Made by a program: the position numbers and the translations under genes
Part shown: positions 40,895 to 49,014 of the stretch, piece by piece
How positions within the stretch are numbered: position 1 is the stretch's first letter
How the letters are laid out: each line of letters starts with the position of its first letter
Notes under the pieces: generated by a model
What the model was told of the DNA's origin: nothing
The model's input: the letters and a program-made list of their open reading frames with translations, nothing else
Database searches by the model: none
From: a virus
Lineage: Duplodnaviria; Caudoviricetes
Strand: one strand, 5' to 3'
DNA length: 64,000 nt
IMG/VR virus record: IMGVR_UViG_3300007539_000018
Location: 2,180-66,179 of that record

Positions 40895-41122
40895 TCAAAA
40901 AGGAATGTTCTCTTTCTTTCCACGACGCTTTGAAGGTGGTAAAATAACATCGGGAACATCATTAGAGGTTCTCATGCTTTTATGTGAAGTATCAGGAGGT
41001 AATCCACCAACTGAAAAATCTCGGTTCTTTCTAAGTGTTCTTCCATCGGCTGAGTTTTGAGACTTAACCTTAGCCAATTCTTTCTTCAATCGTATTTCTT
41101 TTTGCTTTAAATCTTCTGTCAT
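40895..41122 (-). CDS. small basic protein (75 aa)
   Basis: Start MTEDLKQK at 41122, just after the portal stop. Confidence 0.6.
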   Translation of the reverse strand: MTEDLKQKEIRLKKELAKVKSQNSADGRTLRKNRDFSVGGLPPDTSHKSMRTSNDVPDVILPPSKRRGKKENIPF

Positions 41123-41123
41123 A

Positions 41124-42764
41124 TTAACCAACTCTTCGTTCTGTTCTTGAATCAACATTTTGATTTCCTGCTTCGGCAGGTAATCCAGTCATGCGCTTAT
41201 CCGGCCCTACTTCGTTCCTCGCTTTATTCCTTGTGGCAGGTGGGTTTTCTTGGGGTTTAGAATTACCGCCTTGTAACTGTTGTTCTTGCATTTGTCCCAT
41301 TTGTGAAGCATCTATGTTTGTTCCGGCATAAGGGTCTTGTTGTGATTCTTCACCTTCAGCCGGTTGTTCCGGTTGTTCCGGTTCGGGCTTCTTAAAAGTA
41401 AATTGTCCGTCTTCATCCATATCAACTTCAAATCCTAGATTTTTAATTGAAGCAGCAATATTAACTTCTATCTCTCTTTTACGAAGACCCGCAATTTCAT
41501 CTTCTTCTTCCGATGGAGGAAGTTTTAATTCCCAATCTGTAATACCAAATTGCTTTGTTAAGTAAGGGAAAACATAATTATTATAAACATTTTGTGCCAT
41601 TTGAACTGCACGATTTGTAACAAGTATTTGCATACCTTCATTATTTAATCCACCACTGGTAGTATTGTCAGCCATGAATACTTTACTTACTCCATAGAAT
41701 GCTGATATTCTATCTCTTAAGTCGTCTTTAACTGAAATGTAATCCATTTCTTTAAGAGAGTCCATAAACTTAATCCACTCAACTGCACCTTTACCGCCTT
41801 CGGCTTCAATTCCCATAACAGGAATAAAGTGAGGGTCGGCTTCCATCTTTTCTTTTACACCTCTCCAAAAGGCTCTCATCGAATCCATGTTTCGAGTTTG
41901 AACAGCCAAAAGACCTCTTGGCATTCTACTCTTAGTATATGCTGAATTAACATAATTTTCCATAGCAATAAGAGTCATAATGTGATTATATAGAGTAATA
42001 ACAGGAGAGAACCCATAAAGACGACTTGGGCTGTATTTACTAAAGTGTAATACTTCTCCTTCTAAGAAGTATTGGTCTTCGCCATTTGCTCTATTAACAA
42101 AGTGAACTGGTTTCATATTAGAACCACAGGCTTCACAGGTAGCATAAGGTTCAGTAGATAGCATATTTCTATGGTTAATACAAGTAAATCCTTTTGTTCC
42201 TTTTACTCCGTTCTCATCTGCATAAATAAACATAGTTACTGGGTCGCCTCGATAAATCTCTTTAATGCGGTGCATTCTAATTTTACCATTACCGTCTAAG
42301 AAATACTCCTTAACTAAAACAATATAAGCATCATCCATAGTATTCAAATCATCTTCCAATTCTTTCAATACATCAATGAATAATTGTTCCGAAGGATTAA
42401 CATATCCTTCCAAAAACTTTTCAGCAAATTCCAACTGTTTAACATCAGGTATTCTCAAATCAGTAGATTCACAACGAGAACACTGTTGAACAGGTCTTTT
42501 GTGTTTTTTTCCACAATTGTTACAGATAGCCTCGAATGCTTTTTCCCAAACATAGCCTCTACGGTAAACTTCTTGTTTTAATTGAGTAATACAAGTTCTT
42601 ACAATTACTGACTGTTGCACCATAGAATAAATGATTGGTGCGGTCATCATGTAATTGTTTTGCCTTTCTTGAATACCCATATTGTATATCTGTCTATCAG
42701 CAGGTTTAGGAGTAGAACGCCTAAACAAGTTAGTAAAGGAAAATCTTCTTCTTTCTTCAGCCAT
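41124..42764 (-). CDS. portal protein with zinc-ribbon insertions
   Basis: 'EVLHF..YSPSRLYGFSP', 'RDRISAFYGVS'; position after TerL; CNNC/CSRC and CINH/CEAC insertions. Confidence 0.85.
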   Translation of the reverse strand: MAEERRRFSFTNLFRRSTPKPADRQIYNMGIQERQNNYMMTAPIIYSMVQQSVIVRTCITQLKQEVYRRGYVWEKAFEAICNNCGKKHKRPVQQCSRCESTDLRIPDVKQLEFAEKFLEGYVNPSEQLFIDVLKELEDDLNTMDDAYIVLVKEYFLDGNGKIRMHRIKEIYRGDPVTMFIYADENGVKGTKGFTCINHRNMLSTEPYATCEACGSNMKPVHFVNRANGEDQYFLEGEVLHFSKYSPSRLYGFSPVITLYNHIMTLIAMENYVNSAYTKSRMPRGLLAVQTRNMDSMRAFWRGVKEKMEADPHFIPVMGIEAEGGKGAVEWIKFMDSLKEMDYISVKDDLRDRISAFYGVSKVFMADNTTSGGLNNEGMQILVTNRAVQMAQNVYNNYVFPYLTKQFGITDWELKLPPSEEEDEIAGLRKREIEVNIAASIKNLGFEVDMDEDGQFTFKKPEPEQPEQPAEGEESQQDPYAGTNIDASQMGQMQEQQLQGGNSKPQENPPATRNKARNEVGPDKRMTGLPAEAGNQNVDSRTERRVG

Positions 42765-42775
42765 CCCTTACACCC

Positions 42776-42928
42776 CTACTTGTTTGCAGGTTTCCCATCC
42801 TCTATATACTCTTCGACTTTCACTATTGAAGGTTTGCCTTGTTTTTCCCAACAATCCTTACAAAAGCCAAAAGGTATGACTTTTCTATGTGATTGAGTGT
42901 AACAACGAGTACAATAAGTAAATGCCAT
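42776..42928 (-). CDS. zinc-finger microprotein (50 aa)
   Basis: Hand-translated MAFTYCTRCYTQSHRKVIPFGFCKDCWEKQG... Confidence 0.7.
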   Translation of the reverse strand: MAFTYCTRCYTQSHRKVIPFGFCKDCWEKQGKPSIVKVEEYIEDGKPANK

Positions 42929-44290
42929 CTATTCCACTCCACCAATCTGTTCCATCGAATCCATCAAGGACATTTTACTATTGCCTTGAAGTTTAGCAAT
43001 ATCATCTAAATATATCCCTTCTTTAAGCCAATCAAAACCTACATGGTCTTTGTGATTTTCCCACTTCATAAGTTTGAATATTTCATCACAGCGGCCTTTA
43101 TACCAGTCTTGTTTCTTATATGATTTTTTCATTCTTATTAACTCAAGGAGTAACTCTGCATTACCTTTCTTTAATCTAAAATGAGGCAAACATTTTGTTA
43201 ATAAATCTGTAACATGGTCTTGCGAATAAAAATTAAGTCTTTGAACAGGCCGTGTATCTTGCGGTGATTTTTGATTTAAATGTAATTTACCAAACCCAAT
43301 TGATTTGTGCATTTCTTCCATAAATGCACGACCCCTATCTCCGGTAGCAATTAAACCGACTCTTGGGTTATGGTTTCTATCCATTGTAATATATCCATCG
43401 GAGTCAATAAATGCAGCAGTATAAGCCCAAATGTTCTTTTTGATTTCATTTGGCATTTTATAATATCCACCATTAACAACAGCGACATCTAATTTTTTAA
43501 CCATTTTAGAAATCATATTAGAAGTAGTGTTCTTATGTAATACAGAAGGCATTTTATCATGGAGTTGTTTTGCTCCAATTCCGGGCTGTTTTCTTATTTC
43601 ACTCTCTATGAAAGAAAGTACTCTTTCTTTCTTTGATTTAACAAGAGACTGGTCGGAAATGTTTTTAATTTCTGCTCTAAAATCTTTCTTTGCTAAACGG
43701 CAAGTCTTTTCGAGAGAAGAGTAATCTTTACCATAAACCATATCTGCTTTCTTTAAGTCATGTTCCCAAAACTTACACAAAGCATCTACTACTTTTCTTC
43801 TTGATTTAACATCTCCCATTTTATTTAGTTTCATCAAATCCTTTTCGTTAAATCTCATTTTGAGTAATGGTTCTTTATATGGACTTAACCAGTAAATAGA
43901 ATCAATACACTTTGAGATATGGTCGGAGTAGCCATCAATAACAGTATCAATTGCTTTAGCCATTCTTACTCTATCTTCTCCTTTTAGTTTTCTTCTTGCT
44001 TTACGCATCTTTCTTACTAAATCTGGAATATTTTCTCCATCAACAACATACTCATTAGGAAAAGAAGAAAGTTGTTTTCTTGCTTCACTAGCATTAATGT
44101 TTAGATTTTTAGATAGAGTATTAACTGCTTCATAATCCGACATAACATAATCAGTAATGCCTTTATTTAGTTCAATGCCGACATCGCTAAGGGCTTGAAC
44201 AACAGGTTTCTTTTCTTCCTGTAACTCTTCTAATTCTTCAATTTCATCTTTTGATTCAATTAAATCTTGTTCTGTAACCATCATAACCAC
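42929..44290 (-). CDS. LAGLIDADG endonuclease-domain protein with long N-terminal helical region
   Basis: 'WAYTAAFIDSDGYI' and 'LPHFRLKK' in the C-terminal third. Confidence 0.8.
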   Translation of the reverse strand: MVMMVTEQDLIESKDEIEELEELQEEKKPVVQALSDVGIELNKGITDYVMSDYEAVNTLSKNLNINASEARKQLSSFPNEYVVDGENIPDLVRKMRKARRKLKGEDRVRMAKAIDTVIDGYSDHISKCIDSIYWLSPYKEPLLKMRFNEKDLMKLNKMGDVKSRRKVVDALCKFWEHDLKKADMVYGKDYSSLEKTCRLAKKDFRAEIKNISDQSLVKSKKERVLSFIESEIRKQPGIGAKQLHDKMPSVLHKNTTSNMISKMVKKLDVAVVNGGYYKMPNEIKKNIWAYTAAFIDSDGYITMDRNHNPRVGLIATGDRGRAFMEEMHKSIGFGKLHLNQKSPQDTRPVQRLNFYSQDHVTDLLTKCLPHFRLKKGNAELLLELIRMKKSYKKQDWYKGRCDEIFKLMKWENHKDHVGFDWLKEGIYLDDIAKLQGNSKMSLMDSMEQIGGVE

Positions 44291-44291
44291 C

Positions 44292-45725
44292 TCAAAAGTT
44301 CACACCTATGACTCCATTACTATGCCGCTTGTACTTGTTGGTAGTGGGCGGTTCAAATATGCCTAAGTCGTCAAGGAGTATGAATGTTTCACTCATTGTA
44401 TGTGTTGCCGCATTCGCCAAGGCAAGGCTCATCACCATATCGTCATGCGCCCCAATGCCCTCAAACTTACCTTTTTCAGTGATAGCAAACATTGATAATT
44501 CTTCAAGTAAAGTCATTGAGACTCTTCTACTTTCTTCGTTACCATAAGGCAAGTTAATCTTTTGATTTTCAAAATTCATTTGGAGGCTCAAAATAATCTC
44601 TTCCTTTTTCTTTCGAGTAGTATTGAAGTCGTGAACATTCAAGTCGCTCACATTTCTTAATTCTTGAGTAAAAGATTTAGCGAAAGTATTTGTTTCAAAT
44701 AGAACAACTTCAGGATGAAACATCTTTCCAATCAATCTAACCTTTTCTATGTTTTCTCTAAACTCTACATTCTTAGAACGGTCAATGAATACAATTGTTT
44801 TATTGTCGTGTTCATCCACTTCTAATACAGTAATAACATTGTAGTCACCATCAGTAGAAATAGCAGGGTCTACTCCAACATAATACTTAAATCCTTCACG
44901 ACGATGTGGCTTAAGAATATGTTCTTTACTCTTTGCTTTTTCTAAATACTCAGGATTAAACAAAGAAGTTCCAGTAGAGATAGGAACGCACAAGTATTCT
45001 CTTGTGAACATTAAAGAACCAACTTCAGCCTTTCTTGCCATTAGTGCATCATAATCCCATCTCTCCGGCCATAGTGGTTCATTGAGAGCATTGAAACAAG
45101 GATATGTTCGGACAGTATAAGCAGGATTTTCCTCAAGTTGTTGGTAAATATCTGTATAACTGAAAGGAGTTCCAATAACTCTCAATGAAGCGGTGTGGTG
45201 AAGTGTTGGTATCATGTCTCCGTAAAACCAATCTGTAACCTTTTGAATACCAGTCATACTAAACTCTTTCAAAGGGTCGTCAATAATAATTTCTTGAGGG
45301 TGTAATCCACGAATCTGTGAACCAACGGAACGCTCTAAGATTTGGTTTCCGTTTGTTAATGTAATATTACCAATAGCCCAACCCCTTGCAGGTTTAAATT
45401 GTTTAAGCATTGGGTGAGTAAACATCTTATCAATGTCTCTCATGTGAACCATTGTCTGTTTTTGGTTCGATGAAATGTAAAGCATTTGATATGGAGGTTC
45501 TTGAAATATTAAATTCCAAACAACCCAACTGTGCATAAATACTGATTTTCCGTGGTCTCTTGAACAAACAATAACAGTTCTTTGTGTATCATTCATTAAT
45601 TCAAGCCACTCTTGTTGGTATTTAGGAAACATAAAACCTAGAACATTTTGAAAGAAATAGGGGAAGGAGTTTTTGGATAACTCCATATCCATTTGATGTT
45701 CAAAGTTAAAGGCTTCTATTTCCAT
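44292..45725 (-). CDS. terL: terminase large subunit
   Basis: Walker A 'SRDHGKS', Walker B 'IIIDDP', 'IGTP', nuclease 'GVDPA' and 'HDDMVMS'. Confidence 0.92.
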   Translation of the reverse strand: MEIEAFNFEHQMDMELSKNSFPYFFQNVLGFMFPKYQQEWLELMNDTQRTVIVCSRDHGKSVFMHSWVVWNLIFQEPPYQMLYISSNQKQTMVHMRDIDKMFTHPMLKQFKPARGWAIGNITLTNGNQILERSVGSQIRGLHPQEIIIDDPLKEFSMTGIQKVTDWFYGDMIPTLHHTASLRVIGTPFSYTDIYQQLEENPAYTVRTYPCFNALNEPLWPERWDYDALMARKAEVGSLMFTREYLCVPISTGTSLFNPEYLEKAKSKEHILKPHRREGFKYYVGVDPAISTDGDYNVITVLEVDEHDNKTIVFIDRSKNVEFRENIEKVRLIGKMFHPEVVLFETNTFAKSFTQELRNVSDLNVHDFNTTRKKKEEIILSLQMNFENQKINLPYGNEESRRVSMTLLEELSMFAITEKGKFEGIGAHDDMVMSLALANAATHTMSETFILLDDLGIFEPPTTNKYKRHSNGVIGVNF

Positions 45726-45734
45726 AATATCACC

Positions 45735-46259
45735 TTATTCTGTAATTCCCCAGTCATCCACATTGTCTAAGTGTTCTATTCTTTCATTCATGTATGCTAA
45801 TACATCATCAGGAATAGTTTTATGAGTTTTAGGTTTATTTAAGTCAAGTCCTAATTTTTTACGCATTCCAGTAAATCCTGCAATTCTTGGCATTCCTTTT
45901 ATTGGAGTTAATGCTTTTTCTCTTACTTCTCTCATTAATCCTTTACCTCGATAATCGGGGTGTGTTTTAGCACCACCAAAATAAGCATAGGGGCGGCCTT
46001 CTTTTCCTGTTTCAATTGCATTACCAACTACTGTAACTAATCTATTTTTTCCACCTTCTGTAACAATCATACCAAACCAATTATCAATAGGATATTTCCA
46101 TTTATTCTCGGAACGAAGTGTATGTGGCATATCGGGATTGCTTGCATCCCAAAGTTCTTTCATAGACTCTTCATCACCAAGTTGAATAACTTTGATTTTT
46201 TCATCCCCTGCCAACCTTCTAAGGTCGGGATGAAACTTAATGATGTGCCACCAACTCAT
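45735..46259 (-). CDS. GNAT-family acetyltransferase with leader MSWWHIIK
   Basis: Acetyl-CoA motif 'THPDYRGKGLMR'. Confidence 0.75.
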   Translation of the reverse strand: MSWWHIIKFHPDLRRLAGDEKIKVIQLGDEESMKELWDASNPDMPHTLRSENKWKYPIDNWFGMIVTEGGKNRLVTVVGNAIETGKEGRPYAYFGGAKTHPDYRGKGLMREVREKALTPIKGMPRIAGFTGMRKKLGLDLNKPKTHKTIPDDVLAYMNERIEHLDNVDDWGITE

Positions 46260-46263
46260 AATA

Positions 46264-46713
46264 TCACCATTTTACTTTGTTTGCCCAATAAGCGGCACTT
46301 GTCGGGCCTCTCTTAATGTTCTTTTGATGTCGGCTCTTAAATGATTTGCGCTTTGCTTTCATTCTTTTGCTTTCACCTTTCTTTGGTTTTCCGGCTACAC
46401 TTGCGCCTTGTTCACCAAATCGAATTGTTTTTGTTTTCTTGCCGTCTTTAACAACAACAACATGAGATTTCTTAGGATGCTTTGGTGTTCTCTTTGGCTT
46501 ACTAAAACCGGAAACTCCTGCTCTCTTTAATGCAGGGTGTTTCTTTCTAAGTAGTTTAAAGTCCTCGGCATCCAACTTTCCGTTCTTATTTTTATCAAGT
46601 TTCTTTTGCTTAGGACTTAAAGCCTTATTTGTTTTCTCTCTACAAGTTGCACAATCGCAACCCATTTTTTCTGTGCCACAATGGGCTTTTAAAACTTCTT
46701 TCCATTTACTCAT
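46264..46713 (-). CDS. basic modular protein with EF-hand-like motif; leader MSKWKEVLK
   Basis: 'LDKNKNGKLDAEDFKLL'; C-terminal 'IRFGEQG...SFKSRH...SAAYWANKVKW' recalled from marine phage proteins. Confidence 0.7.
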   Translation of the reverse strand: MSKWKEVLKAHCGTEKMGCDCATCREKTNKALSPKQKKLDKNKNGKLDAEDFKLLRKKHPALKRAGVSGFSKPKRTPKHPKKSHVVVVKDGKKTKTIRFGEQGASVAGKPKKGESKRMKAKRKSFKSRHQKNIKRGPTSAAYWANKVKW

Positions 46714-47111
46714 TTTTCTCGCCTCATTTGATTCTCTTTAGATTTTACATCATCATCAATTGGGCCACCTTTGGCCCAAGTATAACAAGTCCTTGCCGAA
46801 TGGCATTTAAAATCGTGCATCCAACAATAACCTAAACGACCGTCTTTATCAGTAGATAGTGGCATACATTCATCCATTCTAGGAGATATGTCAAATGCAA
46901 CGCAGTTACTACAATTAGATTTCTTAGCAACCTTGGCAGTAGTATTCCATCTTTTAGCGTATTCTTCCCAATACTTTTCATCATTTAGATTAAGAGGCCC
47001 ATATTGAATATGTTTTTCTTTAACGGCCCTATCTCGATTTTTAGTATTTAATTTTAAGTTCTGTGTTGGCATAGGGCAAGAGAGTTCTTTTATAATTATT
47101 TCCCAACTCAT
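46710..47111 (-). CDS. Cys-rich protein; leader MSWEIIIK
   Basis: CSNC...GYCWMHDFKCHSARTCYTW. Confidence 0.7.
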   Translation of the reverse strand: MSWEIIIKELSCPMPTQNLKLNTKNRDRAVKEKHIQYGPLNLNDEKYWEEYAKRWNTTAKVAKKSNCSNCVAFDISPRMDECMPLSTDKDGRLGYCWMHDFKCHSARTCYTWAKGGPIDDDVKSKENQMRREK

Positions 47112-47332
47112 CTTGTAAACGCCCCTCTTCTTTTAGGTTTGTGAGTATAAATGTCTCCATCTCGGTGCATAAATATTTTTCTTTTCTTTTGTAAATTAGA
47201 TAGTGCGGCTTTAATTTCAGATTCTTCTCCAAACTGTTTTAGATTCTTCATACCTAAAGCACCGCCTTCTTTTTTAATTTCAGCAAGAATCTTTGCTTCT
47301 ATGTCCATTTTTAATATATCTTGCCAATTCAT
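47108..47332 (-). CDS. small winged-helix-like protein; leader MNWQDILK
   Basis: Helix-turn-helix/wing-like spacing; coupled start and stop. Confidence 0.65.
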   Translation of the reverse strand: MNWQDILKMDIEAKILAEIKKEGGALGMKNLKQFGEESEIKAALSNLQKKRKIFMHRDGDIYTHKPKRRGAFTR

Positions 47333-47736
47333 GATTTTCCCTTCCTTTTTGGATAAGTTTTACAAGCGGCACAAGTTGGCCTACATCTTCTTTTAGTTCC
47401 CTTAGAAGCATCTGTTCTTCCGCAAGGTTTTTCTCCTTTTTTATCATCTTCACATGATTGACAAGAAACCCAACCTTTTTGACCATCTCCGCCTCTTCTT
47501 GAGAACCAACCGTGTAATCCCGATTCTTTTTCTCTTTTGAAATTATCTCCGCCTTTCTTTAGTTTTCCTTGACGGCAACGGGTCATATATCCTGATTTAT
47601 ATGCTGAACCTTTTAATCCATATGATTCATCAGCATTTAAAGCACAAGTATCTTTTTCCTCGCCCTTGCTGTTGTGAGTAGCAGTAGCCTTACCTGCCTT
47701 TTTCTTCTTTAATACTTCAAACCAAAGTTCAGTCAT
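47329..47736 (-). CDS. Cys-rich basic modular protein; leader MTELWFEVLK
   Basis: 'SAYKSGYMTRCRQGK' and 'GLHGWF...GWV...KPCGR...CRP' modules recalled from marine phage proteins. Confidence 0.7.
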   Translation of the reverse strand: MTELWFEVLKKKKAGKATATHNSKGEEKDTCALNADESYGLKGSAYKSGYMTRCRQGKLKKGGDNFKREKESGLHGWFSRRGGDGQKGWVSCQSCEDDKKGEKPCGRTDASKGTKRRCRPTCAACKTYPKRKGKS

Positions 47737-49010
47737 TACTTTTCACCTCGGCTTTGGTCTTCAACATCATACCTTTCAGTGCTTGAGCGAAGCATTTCAT
47801 CTTGAATACCTAATAAACAATTATATCTTCGTTCTGGAAACTTAAGACCAATATTCAAATACATATCCACCATGTTTTTATTAATCTTCCCTAAATTAGA
47901 ATACCTAACAAACTTTTGTTTATTTCCCATTAAATACTTGTCATCTCGAATAACTTTAATTAGACCTTTCCACATACCTTTAGTGATTTTTTTATTAGAC
48001 ATTTTAATTTTATTTTTTCGGGCCTTAACCAAATCAAACCAACTCCCTGTATTAGACTTAATCCACTTTTGTACTTGGTCTGCGTATTTGGTATCTTTTA
48101 GTTCTTCTCGGATTTCTTCGGGAAGTTCTTCAACTTTCATATCCGTAAATCCTCTTTTTCTAAATGAACCCCGTTCTGCTAATTCTTCATTAGCAACATT
48201 GATATACAAGGTTTTCCTTCCTTTCTCAGATAGAACCTTTTGAACACATAAACCAAATAGGCCCTTTCCTTTGTAGCCTTCTCTTGTATGAATACCTGCG
48301 CCAAGTAAGACACTCTTATACTTTGCTATTCCACAAACTGCTACGGGAGTTTCACCATCAAATGCTACAAACATTGTTGCCGGTGCATTTGCCCAAATAG
48401 AATCCCTTGAAAGGTTTGGGCCATAGCGCATACTTCTTTTCACATAATCAAAGTAGCCATCATCATTAAATGCTTTAACTGCGGCATCTTCGGACATCTC
48501 CTTGAAAGTAATATCACTTTCAGTATAGGTTTGCTTCTTGAAAGTAAGCCTTTGTCCTGTCGGGAAATCAGTAGAATATTCAGCATTTGCATCAAACACC
48601 ATTGTTCTATATTTATCCTCTATTTTTCCTTCGGGCGTAACAAAACTTGCACCTGTTTCATTTTTATTAGAAACTGCTATGGATTGTTGTTTATATTTAG
48701 CAGACAATTTATGAATTTTTTTCATTAAGTCTTCGGGAACATTAGTAAGCATAAAAGAAGGTTCTAATTCCCATTCAGCATTACCGGTAGCACTTGTAAT
48801 GGTAAACTGTGGCCTTTTCTTTTTTCTTAACTGTATATTTAACTCCTTTAAATCTTTAAGGAGAGCATCACTTAATCGGGATAATTCTTTACTTGGAGTC
48901 GGTTTGTTTGCTTCTTTAGCAGCAATAAAAACATTACTGTTTTTCTTGCGAAGGTTTCTTCTTATCTGCTTCTTATTATAGGCAGGAAGAGTAGTCTGTC
49001 GCTTCTTCAT
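47736..49010 (-). CDS. multidomain protein: T3 SAM-lyase-like domain + GNAT + C-terminal module
   Basis: 'TG..E.ELEPSF...KLSAKYKQQSIAV' (SAMase/DUF3293-like); GNAT 'HTREGYKGKGLF'; internal SWFDLVK. Confidence 0.6.
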   Translation of the reverse strand: MKKRQTTLPAYNKKQIRRNLRKKNSNVFIAAKEANKPTPSKELSRLSDALLKDLKELNIQLRKKKRPQFTITSATGNAEWELEPSFMLTNVPEDLMKKIHKLSAKYKQQSIAVSNKNETGASFVTPEGKIEDKYRTMVFDANAEYSTDFPTGQRLTFKKQTYTESDITFKEMSEDAAVKAFNDDGYFDYVKRSMRYGPNLSRDSIWANAPATMFVAFDGETPVAVCGIAKYKSVLLGAGIHTREGYKGKGLFGLCVQKVLSEKGRKTLYINVANEELAERGSFRKRGFTDMKVEELPEEIREELKDTKYADQVQKWIKSNTGSWFDLVKARKNKIKMSNKKITKGMWKGLIKVIRDDKYLMGNKQKFVRYSNLGKINKNMVDMYLNIGLKFPERRYNCLLGIQDEMLRSSTERYDVEDQSRGEK

Positions 49011-49014
49011 AACA

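Noticed and set aside
42929-44290. LAGLIDADG domain as an intein or intron in terL or portal
   Set aside because: It has its own start and stop, TerL and portal look complete, and no intein terminal motifs (N-terminal Cys/Ser, C-terminal His-Asn) are visible.
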